Source: Thermodesulfobacteriota bacterium | Lineage (GTDB): Bacteria > Desulfobacterota_D > UBA1144 > Nemesobacterales > UBA2774 | Reading direction: 5' to 3' | DNA: 64,000 nucleotides | Assembly (NCBI GenBank): GCA_963422265.1 | Contig: OY729416.1 | Coordinates: 416,001-480,000 of the forward strand | Shown: positions 44,068-53,296 of the stretch, one piece after another | Layout of the letters: each line of letters opens with the position of its first letter | How positions within the stretch are numbered: the first letter of the stretch is position 1 | Program-made: the position numbers and the translations under genes | The notes under the pieces: generated by a model | Told to the model about the DNA's origin: nothing | Seen by the model: the letters and a program-made list of their open reading frames with translations, nothing else | Database searches by the model: none

Positions 44068-44802
44068 GTGATTAGAACAAGAAATCAGGCGATTGCAAGA
44101 CAGGGTGCCGGCACGAATTATTTAGCGACAGTCAGTGATTTGATGGCTGGCATAGTATTTTTATTCATAATAACGCTAATTATTTTTGCTAAACAAATGA
44201 GCGAAAGAAACCAAGAAATAAGGCAGGCTTCCGAGACAAGACAGCAATTTCTGGAACAGTTGAAATACCGTCTGGTAAAACATAATATAGACGTTCAGGT
44301 GATTCTTGGAGAAGGAGTACTGCGCTTTCCCTCTGATGTGCGGGGTGATCTACTTACTACAGGAATCCGATTTAGAATTGGGGACGAAAAGCCTACCAAA
44401 GAATCTATAAAAGTCATTCCAATAATAGCTAGGGAGTTGAGTGAACTTACACCATGCTTTACTGCCAATTGGACGCCAAATTGCCCTGACAAAAAGCCAA
44501 ATTCCTTTGTAGGAACCATACTTATTGAGGGACACACTGATAATCTGCCGGTGAAACTAAACAGTCAACACATTAGATACAGGAATAATATGGAATTATC
44601 TTCTCTACGAGCAAATAGTATATTCCTGAATCTTAGACAGGATAAAGAAACGGGGGAGCAATTAATGAAATTAACAAACTCAAACGGAGAGCGAATATTG
44701 GGAGTTAGTGGCTATGGTGAGTTTCGTCCCATATCAGAAAAAGACAGTGAGAATCGCAGAATTGACCTAAGAGTTTTAATGGAGATTCCCAATAGAGGGT
44801 AA
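44068..44802 (+). CDS. zorB: Zorya ZorB (MotB/OmpA-like)
   Basis: TM helix YLATVSDLMAGIVFLFII with the conserved Asp; OmpA-like IEGHTD, NMELSSLRA, GYGEFRP, NRRIDL. Confidence 0.92.
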   Translation: MIRTRNQAIARQGAGTNYLATVSDLMAGIVFLFIITLIIFAKQMSERNQEIRQASETRQQFLEQLKYRLVKHNIDVQVILGEGVLRFPSDVRGDLLTTGIRFRIGDEKPTKESIKVIPIIARELSELTPCFTANWTPNCPDKKPNSFVGTILIEGHTDNLPVKLNSQHIRYRNNMELSSLRANSIFLNLRQDKETGEQLMKLTNSNGERILGVSGYGEFRPISEKDSENRRIDLRVLMEIPNRG

Positions 44803-44811
44803 GGTAGCACT

Positions 44812-46224
44812 GTGGAAAATGAGAAGGTTTTCCTCTCAGAGTTTATTAAGTCGCTGACAGAGCGAATTAAACCTTTAAGTAAAAAGCGTTTTGATGCTAC
44901 TAATTTGATGAAAGACTCCTACAATGCGATGGTCGCTAAATTGTCTTCAGATCCCAAGCCTCCCCCTAACTTTCAAATTGAGCAAATCGTAGATGAAGCA
45001 GCGAACATCGTAAAGTTAGGACGGTCTCTTTCTCAACTACCTTCAAGAAAATTTGACATACTAATCTGGGGGTTGTTTATTCTATTTGATAATCAGCCGC
45101 CTTTTTCGGATGACCACGATGCTTTTCTGCAATTTAAATCATACAAACCAGATATTTTAAGCTCTAGCAGACGGCTTCGGAGAATAGTTAAATCTTTCCT
45201 AAAGGAATATCCCATCGGATCAGGATTGTTTGATAAGTGGCGGGAGATGATTGAAGAGAGACTTAACAGGTCAAGCCATCTCACCCTAGACGAGTTTTGG
45301 GAAAATCACAGAGAAAAATTTTATCTAAACGCGACCTCCTTGCATGCGAAAAAATGGAGAAGCGAATACTCTGCTAATAACGAGTTTTTAAGTGATCTTA
45401 GTTTACCGCTGGATTACAATTTCGTGCGACAAATTGAATTGCGCATATTGGAAGAATATGAAGTGAATATAAATGAAGTTTCTGACAAGCTGGAATTAAC
45501 TCAGAGGCTTGTTGATCTTCTTGAGCTAGAGGAAAAGAAACTCAAAAATGAGAGTCACATAGAACAAATAGCAGACGCTTTGTTGCAACCGTGGAAAGAA
45601 GAGGATCCCCCTCCAGATGTGTTAAAGCTAATTATGCAATTTTTGCTTAAACACTTGGGTGATCCGCGATCGAGCAATTTTTCATCGGAACGTACTCCAA
45701 ATAAATGGCTACGCGTTGATGAAGATACAAAGCAGATAATGCTCAGATGGTTAGTAAAAGAGTCGTTGGAACAGTTCTTTCAAGTTGTTAGGGAAGTTGC
45801 TTTTGACCAACATTGGAAATACAGAGAGGAATTTTGGAGAGCTTATTATGAACTTGATGTTATAGAAGATGCTTGGGTTAGTTTTGGTCCTAAGGCACTT
45901 AGTCACGCTAAAGAACGGAATCTCCAGAAAGATTCCTACGCTGAACTATTGTCTGGAGCTTCCAATCACTCAGTTTTATTAATGCGTATGGGAAACTTAA
46001 CAATCGCGGAGTTTTCCCATAATGGGAAGTGCAATATCTTTAAGGATGAGAATCCAGATAAGCCAGTCTTATATAAAGGGTACTATAATGTTTACATGCT
46101 AAGAAATAGTCCGGACTTTGTTCAAATTCACCATGGATCAGAGCGGGGAACGTGGCAGCAGAGAGTAGCCGACTACGTCAGGCGAGAAACGGGCATATAC
46201 TTGGAGAGTTGGAACTATCTTTAA
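44812..46224 (+). CDS. zorC: Zorya ZorC (EH-signature domain protein)
   Basis: C-terminal FF...REEFWRAY...IAEFSHNG...HHG...WQ pattern of the EH_Signature domain; position between zorB and the SNF2 gene. Confidence 0.85.
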   Translation: MENEKVFLSEFIKSLTERIKPLSKKRFDATNLMKDSYNAMVAKLSSDPKPPPNFQIEQIVDEAANIVKLGRSLSQLPSRKFDILIWGLFILFDNQPPFSDDHDAFLQFKSYKPDILSSSRRLRRIVKSFLKEYPIGSGLFDKWREMIEERLNRSSHLTLDEFWENHREKFYLNATSLHAKKWRSEYSANNEFLSDLSLPLDYNFVRQIELRILEEYEVNINEVSDKLELTQRLVDLLELEEKKLKNESHIEQIADALLQPWKEEDPPPDVLKLIMQFLLKHLGDPRSSNFSSERTPNKWLRVDEDTKQIMLRWLVKESLEQFFQVVREVAFDQHWKYREEFWRAYYELDVIEDAWVSFGPKALSHAKERNLQKDSYAELLSGASNHSVLLMRMGNLTIAEFSHNGKCNIFKDENPDKPVLYKGYYNVYMLRNSPDFVQIHHGSERGTWQQRVADYVRRETGIYLESWNYL

Positions 46225-46235
46225 TAGGAATCGGC

Positions 46236-49200
46236 ATGTGCGCTAAGTTGACCTATCACGTACAGGGTCGGTATATGGAGTTTACCGTTATTGACGGTGT
46301 AAACTCTATAAAATTTTCGGATTGGTCCACTATTAAAAGCCTACTGTCCCCCACGGGGCTTGAAGTTTCACCGGCCCCATTGCTTTTTCTTTACGAATCG
46401 GAAAAAGCTTTCTTAAGTAATAACGAAACAACCCTAAAAGTACCGAATGAAGAAGTAGCTTCTTCATCTGAATCAGAGAAGGTTAGATTGGGTTTCCCAC
46501 CAGTATTGCCTTATCTAATAGAAATACGTAGCAAGGGTAGGATTGACAATCTAAGAGATGAATTTCGTCTAAAAGTGTCTTATAAAGATAACAGAGGACG
46601 CCCAATACGGAAGCGGGTAAGACCTAAAGGTCCATTCTTAGTAGTTGGAGAAGAAAAGTACAGCCTGAACTCTGAGTTGTTTCAAATAATTCATCTAGTT
46701 GATGAGTTTGAATATAGCAAGATAGATAACCACAGAGATAGGTTTGAGCTGTGGGGAAGGATAAAAGCTCTCCTACCTGAAGACGCAATTGTTGACGATC
46801 ATCTCAAGCCAATCAACGTTATGGTTGCTACTGCCTTTAGCGTAAAACCGAATTTCTCTGATGTTGGGAAGCCTTCCTTTGACGTGATATTAGGATATAA
46901 CCGGCCGAGCGATAGCAACGAGGAACTCCTAGATTTCACTGAGCAAAAATCGTTTGATACAACTTTGCCTGTAGCACGCCAAGAACAATTTAACAACTAC
47001 TTCAGGAGTGACGGGGAGCCAAAGCGTCAATATCCTTGCGGGGGGAATTGGTACGTATTTATTGAACCTGACCTTCGCAAGGCGTTGACGGTCGTTAGGA
47101 AGGTATCAGAGTCTGGTTTGGACACTGTTCATAGATTCTTAGAAAATCCGCGGACGTATATACGTGAGAAATTGGGAGACGAAATTGATGAAGAGACGCT
47201 TGAAAATATGTTTCACGAGCTAAGCTTCGGAGATAGAGTTAGAGGGGTAGCTGAATGGCAAGTTCGAGTGGTACCATGGATCACGAAACCTACGGAGCAG
47301 TGGCTCCCTCCAGAGACGCTGGGAATAAGGTTTGGCAATGTTTCTATCGAAATTGACAAAAAAGATATTCCAACCCTAAAAGAAAGGGTAAAAGAGGCAT
47401 TGGACAAGGGTAAGACGGCAATACCTTACAAAGGCTATAGCATACCGGCTTCGCATGAAACGATAGGTGCTCTCAACGGGTTAATTGCAGAAGTAATTCC
47501 TAATAAGGATGAAATAAAACCTAGTGGGAAAGACGGTGGAGATAGAGATAGATATAAAGAGAATAGAAAAAGATACGTCCTTGAAATTGAAGATAACTTT
47601 GATGAGGTAACCTACAAAGCTACAGGTAAGAAGCGACGACGAACTTTCAGCGATTATCCGAAAAATCTAAAATCAAAGCTCTACGACCATCAGACCGCAG
47701 CGTTTAACTGGTTAAAAAAACACTGGAAGTTTGCCTCTCCTGGAGCCTTACTTGCCGATGACATGGGGCTTGGTAAGACCCTGGTCTCTCTATCTTTCCT
47801 TTCTTGGGTTCAGGATCAATTTCGTGCAGATGATAAACATAAGCCCCTTTTAATAGTGGCTCCGACTGGACTACTAAAGAACTGGTTAGATGAAATCTTT
47901 ATGCATTTGCAGGAGCCGGGATTAGGAGAAATTTTAAGGTGCTATGCAAGTGGTTTAAGAAAGCTTAAGAATCCACACGTTAAATCTCTTAACGAAATTA
48001 CTAAAGGTCATCCTATTCTGGATACTGAATCTTTAAAGTCGTGTGACTTAGCCTTAACTACGTATGAGTCTATGAGAGACTACAGAATGAGCTTCGCGCT
48101 TATTCAGTGGGGCTGCATAGTTTTTGATGAAGCGCAGAAAATTAAGAATCCAAGCTCCGATATGACCGATGCTGCTAAGGCAATGCAAAGTGAATTTATT
48201 CTTGCCCTAACGGGAACTCCAGTAGAAAACCGTCTCGCGGATCTCTGGTGTATTTTGGATACAGTGCAACCAGGACGATTAGGGTCAGTTCGTGAATTTT
48301 CTAAGAAATACGAAGCTCCAACTAGGAATAAAAAGACTGAAGCACTTGACAAACTTAGGAGCTTTCTAACTGATATCTCTTCACCACCAATAATGCTTAG
48401 GCGTTTTAAGGAGGAACATATAGATTGTCTGCCGACAAAGAAAATTGAAATTTACAAGGAAACAATGCCAGACGCTCAAGCTATTGCCTACAAAGACATC
48501 ATCAAACGAGAAAGAGAAACAACGGGAAAGCAAATATTACGAGTATTAAATGAAATGCGAAATAGCTCTCTACATCCATATCTAAAACGGAATGAGTCTG
48601 ATGATGATTATATTAACGACTCGGCAAGATTGCGTGCTGTTTTTGAGATACTTGATAGGGTTTATGGACAGAACGAGAAGGCTTTGTTGTTTGTTGAAAG
48701 CCGGGAAATGCAGCAAATCTTGTGTGAGATTATTCAGAGGAAATATCGATTAGGTTCTCCTCCCCTTATAATAAATGGGAAGATTAGCGGCGAAAAACGC
48801 AAAGCGAGAGTAGATGCCTTTCAAAACCGTAGTGGTTTTGGCGTAATGATTCTGTCACCAAAGGCAGGAGGGGTCGGACTCAATATTACCGCGGCAAGCC
48901 ATGTGGTTCATGTTTCTCGCTGGTGGAATCCGGCTACGGAAGATCAGTGCAACGATAGAGTATATAGAATTGGGCAAAAGAAAGATGTAACAATCCATGT
49001 TCCCCTCGCGATACACCCAGAATATGGGGATTACAGTTATGATCTAAAGCTCCATGACTTACTTGAAAAAAAGCGGTCCCTTAGTAGAACTATGCTTGAA
49101 CCCCCAACCTTTACGAGTGAAGAGAGCCGTTATTTATTCCAAGAGACAATTTCAGGAGGTCGCGCCAACGGAGCAGAACTCCAAGCTAATTTGAATAGCA

Positions 49201-49553
49201 TAGACTTAATGGAGCCTGTTCAATTTGAAGAATGGATACTTAAACAATTTAGCGACTCCGGCTATGAAGTAAAAAAGACGGGGGATTGCGAACTTGACGG
49301 ACTTGCAGTGAAAGGGGACTCCGGTTGGGCAATTCAGATCAAGCACATTCAGGGAAACTATAATTGCCCAGATAAAGCCGTTCAGAAAGTAATAGAAGGC
49401 ATCAACTATTACCCTGAGGCTAAAGGCTATAATAAACTCGTAGTAACAAACGCTAAAGACTTTACTTCCGCAGCGAGGTCCCTAGCAAAAGAGCAAGGGG
49501 TTAAACTTGTGGACCGCTGGGACCTACTAGACCAATTCTTCAATAATCTTTAA
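46236..49553 (+). CDS. zorD: Zorya type I ZorD (SNF2 helicase/ATPase with C-terminal Mrr-like nuclease domain)
   Basis: LADDMGLGKT, DEAQ, LTGTPVENR, GGVGLN, QCNDRVYRIGQ; C-terminal FEEW...GY...D...IQIK...VVTN..FT.AA Mrr_cat pattern. ATG 46236 (after AGGA) preferred to GTG 46152. Confidence 0.88.
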   Translation: MCAKLTYHVQGRYMEFTVIDGVNSIKFSDWSTIKSLLSPTGLEVSPAPLLFLYESEKAFLSNNETTLKVPNEEVASSSESEKVRLGFPPVLPYLIEIRSKGRIDNLRDEFRLKVSYKDNRGRPIRKRVRPKGPFLVVGEEKYSLNSELFQIIHLVDEFEYSKIDNHRDRFELWGRIKALLPEDAIVDDHLKPINVMVATAFSVKPNFSDVGKPSFDVILGYNRPSDSNEELLDFTEQKSFDTTLPVARQEQFNNYFRSDGEPKRQYPCGGNWYVFIEPDLRKALTVVRKVSESGLDTVHRFLENPRTYIREKLGDEIDEETLENMFHELSFGDRVRGVAEWQVRVVPWITKPTEQWLPPETLGIRFGNVSIEIDKKDIPTLKERVKEALDKGKTAIPYKGYSIPASHETIGALNGLIAEVIPNKDEIKPSGKDGGDRDRYKENRKRYVLEIEDNFDEVTYKATGKKRRRTFSDYPKNLKSKLYDHQTAAFNWLKKHWKFASPGALLADDMGLGKTLVSLSFLSWVQDQFRADDKHKPLLIVAPTGLLKNWLDEIFMHLQEPGLGEILRCYASGLRKLKNPHVKSLNEITKGHPILDTESLKSCDLALTTYESMRDYRMSFALIQWGCIVFDEAQKIKNPSSDMTDAAKAMQSEFILALTGTPVENRLADLWCILDTVQPGRLGSVREFSKKYEAPTRNKKTEALDKLRSFLTDISSPPIMLRRFKEEHIDCLPTKKIEIYKETMPDAQAIAYKDIIKRERETTGKQILRVLNEMRNSSLHPYLKRNESDDDYINDSARLRAVFEILDRVYGQNEKALLFVESREMQQILCEIIQRKYRLGSPPLIINGKISGEKRKARVDAFQNRSGFGVMILSPKAGGVGLNITAASHVVHVSRWWNPATEDQCNDRVYRIGQKKDVTIHVPLAIHPEYGDYSYDLKLHDLLEKKRSLSRTMLEPPTFTSEESRYLFQETISGGRANGAELQANLNSIDLMEPVQFEEWILKQFSDSGYEVKKTGDCELDGLAVKGDSGWAIQIKHIQGNYNCPDKAVQKVIEGINYYPEAKGYNKLVVTNAKDFTSAARSLAKEQGVKLVDRWDLLDQFFNNL

Positions 49554-49689
49554 GCTGCTCCTAAAATTAACTCGCTTGCTTTTATCACTATCTAAGCTAA
49601 CATCTACTTCTATCTTAAATATCCACTTACTTCACCATTTCAGCATAATATACTATTGCAGCCTTTACTTTTAGGAGAGATCATCCGGA

Positions 49690-52539
49690 ATGTCGGAAGC
49701 TAAGAAAATTAACTATAGAGAAACCTTGAATCTTCCTAAAACGAGCTTTCCTATGAAGGCTAACCTTAGGCAAAAAGAACCTGAGTATCAGAAAAGATGG
49801 AAGAAAATAAATCTCTATGAAAGGGTCAGAGAAAACTGCAGGGGGAGGGGCAAGTTCATATTCCATGATGGTCCCCCTTATGCGAATGGTCCCATACACT
49901 TAGGTCATCTGCTTAACAAGGTCTTAAAAGATATAGTTGTTCGGTCAAAGATGATGCTCGGTTACGACGTAAATTTTGTTCCGGGCTGGGATTGTCATGG
50001 ACTTCCAATAGAGCACAAGGTGCTTAAAGAGCTCGGAGAAGGAGCTAAACATCTATCTAAATTAAAAATCAGATACAAATGTCAGTCATACGCCGAGAAA
50101 TACCTAAAATTACAGTCAAAGCAATTGCAGAGACTAGGCACGATTGCGGACTATGATAATCCTTATTTATCAATGACTCCCGATTATGAAGCGGGCGTTC
50201 TTGAGATTTTTGCCAAGCTAGTTGAAAGAGGATTGGTGTATAGAGCTCTGAAACCCGTCCATTGGTCAATCGAAAATCAGACGGCTCTTGCGGACGCGGA
50301 ACTTGAGTATTACGAGAGAAAAGACCGAAGCATCTACATTTTATTTGAAATTGAAAATCCTGAAGATATGCCGAGTAGCCTAAACGTGCCCGTAGGCTCA
50401 AAGCCTACGCTTATGATCTGGACAACTACCCCTTGGACGTTGCCTGCAAACTTGGCTATCGCAGTATCTCCCAAGGCGAGCTATAGCTTATATAAAGCCG
50501 TTAAAGGTGGAAGAACTCATTATACGATCCTTGTTGACAATTTAGCTGAAAAGGTATTCAAGAAGGCAGGATGGGATAATTTTAAGAAATTAGGCGAGTG
50601 TGAAGGGGAGAAACTAACAGCACGTTCTATAGCATATAAGCATCCTTTCGTAGATAGGACTGGCAAAGTCTTTACCGCTGACTACGTTACCTTTGAGGAA
50701 GGCACTGGGATTGTTCACACTGCTCCAGGTCATGGCATTGAGGATTACCAGACGGGGTTGAAAGAGGGGTTAGATGCTTATTCTCCCGTCCTAGCGGATG
50801 GGACGTTTGACGATAGCGTTCCTGAGTGGATACGCGGCGAGAGCGTCTGGACAGGAAATAAAATCATAACTGAATACCTAAGGAAGAATGGGAGTCTATT
50901 TTATGAGGAAGAATACTTACATAGCTATCCACATGATTGGAGGAGTAAGACTCCAACTATATTCAGGGCTACCGAACAGTGGTTCATAAGCGTAGATGGA
51001 CTAGGTAAAGGGCTTGATAGGAGTCTTAGAGAATTAGCCCTTAATAGTAGTGCCGAAGGGGGGATAGCTTTTTTTCCTGAATGGGGAAGAAATAGGTTGA
51101 GAGGAATGCTTGAGGCAAGACCTGATTGGTGTATCAGCCGTCAAAGGGCGTGGGGACTTCCAATCCCGGCTTTTATTAACAAAGACGGTCAGGTTTTACT
51201 AACCAGCGAATCAGTGAAGGTAGTAGCCGATAAGGTAAGAAAACATGGCTCTAACTGTTGGTTTAAGGCTCAGCCTGATGAGTTACTCGAGGGATATGAT
51301 CCATCTAATGATGAAGATGCTCCCAAGTGGGCCAGAGATAGAGATGCTCTGAACGAGTTGCATCTAGGAATGGATATTTTTGACGTCTGGTTTGAATCGG
51401 GATCCTCTTGGTATTCAGTGCTTGAGCAGCGTAACCTCGGCTATCCTGCTGATCTTTATTTAGAAGGCTCTGATCAACATAGGGGATGGTTTCAGCTTTC
51501 TTTGCTGCCGGCGCTTGGCGCAACGGGTATTGCTCCTTTCAAAGCGCTTCTCACGCACGGGTTTATAGTAGATGGGCAGGGAAAAAAAATGAGCAAGTCA
51601 GGCGGCAACGCTCTTGAGGTTGAGGGGTTGCTGAAGAAGCACGGAGCCGATATTTGTAGGTGGTGGGTAAGCTCTCTTAAATATACGAATGACGTAAAGG
51701 TTGATTGGGAATTCTTCAAAGTGGCGAGTGATGAATACAGAAAAGTTAGAAACACGTTAAAATTTCTACTTGGCAACATCTATGATTTCAATCCAGAAAA
51801 TGACGCGGTCAAATTTATGGAAGAAGACAGGTTCTCGCTTGATAGTTGGGCAATGAGGGAACTAGCAACGTTTGCGACGCAAACGAATAAGGCTTATGAA
51901 AATTTTGAATATAAAATGGCCAATGAACTCATATTTCGCTTTTGTTATGAGACGCTGAGCGCCGTATATCTCGCCGCCATTAAAGACCGACTGTATTGCG
52001 AAAGCCCGGGAAGTAGGAAGAGAAGAAGATCGCAAACCGTTATATACAAAGTTACGTATGCTCTGATCAAACTCTTAGCACCAATACTCGCTCATACGTC
52101 GGATGAAGCATATCTTAGCTTGAAAGGTGAGACTATGGACTCCACAGATAGCATCCATTTATGCGCAATGCCTGATATTATATCTGTAGATGCCGATGAG
52201 AATTGGGATCGGGTTATGGATTTAAGAAGCAAATCACTAAAGGCGCTTGAAGAAGCTAAGGAATCTGACGGGGCAAGCAACCCTCTTGACGTCGGCATCG
52301 AGGCAGAACTTGATACTAGGTCTTATGAGAAGCTGAAACCCTTTGAGCCAGAGCTTGCCGACCTATGTGGAGTGAGCAGGTTTAACTTAGTTAGAGCTCA
52401 GGATTTTTCTATATCTATTCGCGATCTTTCTAACGAACCTAGATGCGAGCGCTCTTGGAAAAGAGATGGCACCGTTAAAGAGCGTCGAGATAAAGGATTT
52501 CTATCCGACCGTGACGCAGAAGCGTTAGGACTATCTTAA
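49690..52539 (+). CDS. ileS: Isoleucyl-tRNA synthetase (type 1)
   Basis: HDGPPYANG, HLGH, GWDCHGLP, WTTTPWT, EGSDQHRGWF, KMSKS. Confidence 0.97.
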   Translation: MSEAKKINYRETLNLPKTSFPMKANLRQKEPEYQKRWKKINLYERVRENCRGRGKFIFHDGPPYANGPIHLGHLLNKVLKDIVVRSKMMLGYDVNFVPGWDCHGLPIEHKVLKELGEGAKHLSKLKIRYKCQSYAEKYLKLQSKQLQRLGTIADYDNPYLSMTPDYEAGVLEIFAKLVERGLVYRALKPVHWSIENQTALADAELEYYERKDRSIYILFEIENPEDMPSSLNVPVGSKPTLMIWTTTPWTLPANLAIAVSPKASYSLYKAVKGGRTHYTILVDNLAEKVFKKAGWDNFKKLGECEGEKLTARSIAYKHPFVDRTGKVFTADYVTFEEGTGIVHTAPGHGIEDYQTGLKEGLDAYSPVLADGTFDDSVPEWIRGESVWTGNKIITEYLRKNGSLFYEEEYLHSYPHDWRSKTPTIFRATEQWFISVDGLGKGLDRSLRELALNSSAEGGIAFFPEWGRNRLRGMLEARPDWCISRQRAWGLPIPAFINKDGQVLLTSESVKVVADKVRKHGSNCWFKAQPDELLEGYDPSNDEDAPKWARDRDALNELHLGMDIFDVWFESGSSWYSVLEQRNLGYPADLYLEGSDQHRGWFQLSLLPALGATGIAPFKALLTHGFIVDGQGKKMSKSGGNALEVEGLLKKHGADICRWWVSSLKYTNDVKVDWEFFKVASDEYRKVRNTLKFLLGNIYDFNPENDAVKFMEEDRFSLDSWAMRELATFATQTNKAYENFEYKMANELIFRFCYETLSAVYLAAIKDRLYCESPGSRKRRRSQTVIYKVTYALIKLLAPILAHTSDEAYLSLKGETMDSTDSIHLCAMPDIISVDADENWDRVMDLRSKSLKALEEAKESDGASNPLDVGIEAELDTRSYEKLKPFEPELADLCGVSRFNLVRAQDFSISIRDLSNEPRCERSWKRDGTVKERRDKGFLSDRDAEALGLS

Positions 52540-53291
52540 TGAAAGTCTATGTATTCATTACGTGCTTAGTTGATAATTTTTTCCCTGAGGTGGGAGAAAA
52601 TATGTTGAAGGTGCTTCATAAGCTGGGTTTGGAGGTTGATTGTTTAGAGGGACAGACCTGCTGTGGACAGCCCGCGTTTAACAGCGGTTATCAGGATGAT
52701 GCGAGGGCAGTTGCAGAAAGGTTTATTACACTATTTAAGCAAGTTATAGAAGATACTTCAAGTAATGACTCACATATAGTCTGTCCGTCCGGGTCATGTG
52801 CCACAATGGTTAAAGTGTTTTATAAAGAATTATTTAAAACTAATCCTAATCTATTGGAAATTGTAGAACGACTATCATCAAACACATATGAGTTCTCGGA
52901 ATTCTTGGTCAAAGTTCTAAAAACGACTCAGGTAGGCGCCGCGTATAATGGCATAGTTACTTATCACGACTCCTGCCACGCGCTAAGGGAACTTGGGATA
53001 AAGAGTGAGCCAAGAAGGCTAATAGAATCTGTTGAAGGGGCTAAGTTTGTTGAAATGGGACTCCATGACGCTTGTTGTGGATTTGGGGGAACCTTCTCTA
53101 TTAAGTTTCCCAAGGTTTCGGTTTCCATGCTGGAAGAGAAGATAGACTGCATAATAGAAAGTGGCGCAGATACGGTTGTTTCATCAGACGTGGGTTGTCT
53201 TATGAACATGGGTGGCGCGATAACGAGGCGGAACGTCCCGATAAAGGTCATGCACATAGCCGATCTTCTGGCAAGCACGGGAGGAGGATAA
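52539..53291 (+). CDS. lutA: Lactate utilization protein A (LutA/YkgE, CCG domains)
   Basis: TCLVD, QTCCGQPAFNSG, SGSC, YHDSCH, CCGFGGTFS. Confidence 0.9.
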   Translation: MKVYVFITCLVDNFFPEVGENMLKVLHKLGLEVDCLEGQTCCGQPAFNSGYQDDARAVAERFITLFKQVIEDTSSNDSHIVCPSGSCATMVKVFYKELFKTNPNLLEIVERLSSNTYEFSEFLVKVLKTTQVGAAYNGIVTYHDSCHALRELGIKSEPRRLIESVEGAKFVEMGLHDACCGFGGTFSIKFPKVSVSMLEEKIDCIIESGADTVVSSDVGCLMNMGGAITRRNVPIKVMHIADLLASTGGG

Positions 53292-53296
53292 AGCCT

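Noticed and set aside
42024-44802. motA/motB flagellar stator, ExbBD/TolQR or chemoreceptor genes
   Set aside because: No flagellar or TonB genes nearby; the long tail plus downstream EH-signature and SNF2 genes fit Zorya
41975-49689. att sites or target-site duplication flanking the Zorya block
   Set aside because: No convincing direct or inverted repeats found by eye at either boundary, and no tRNA or integrase
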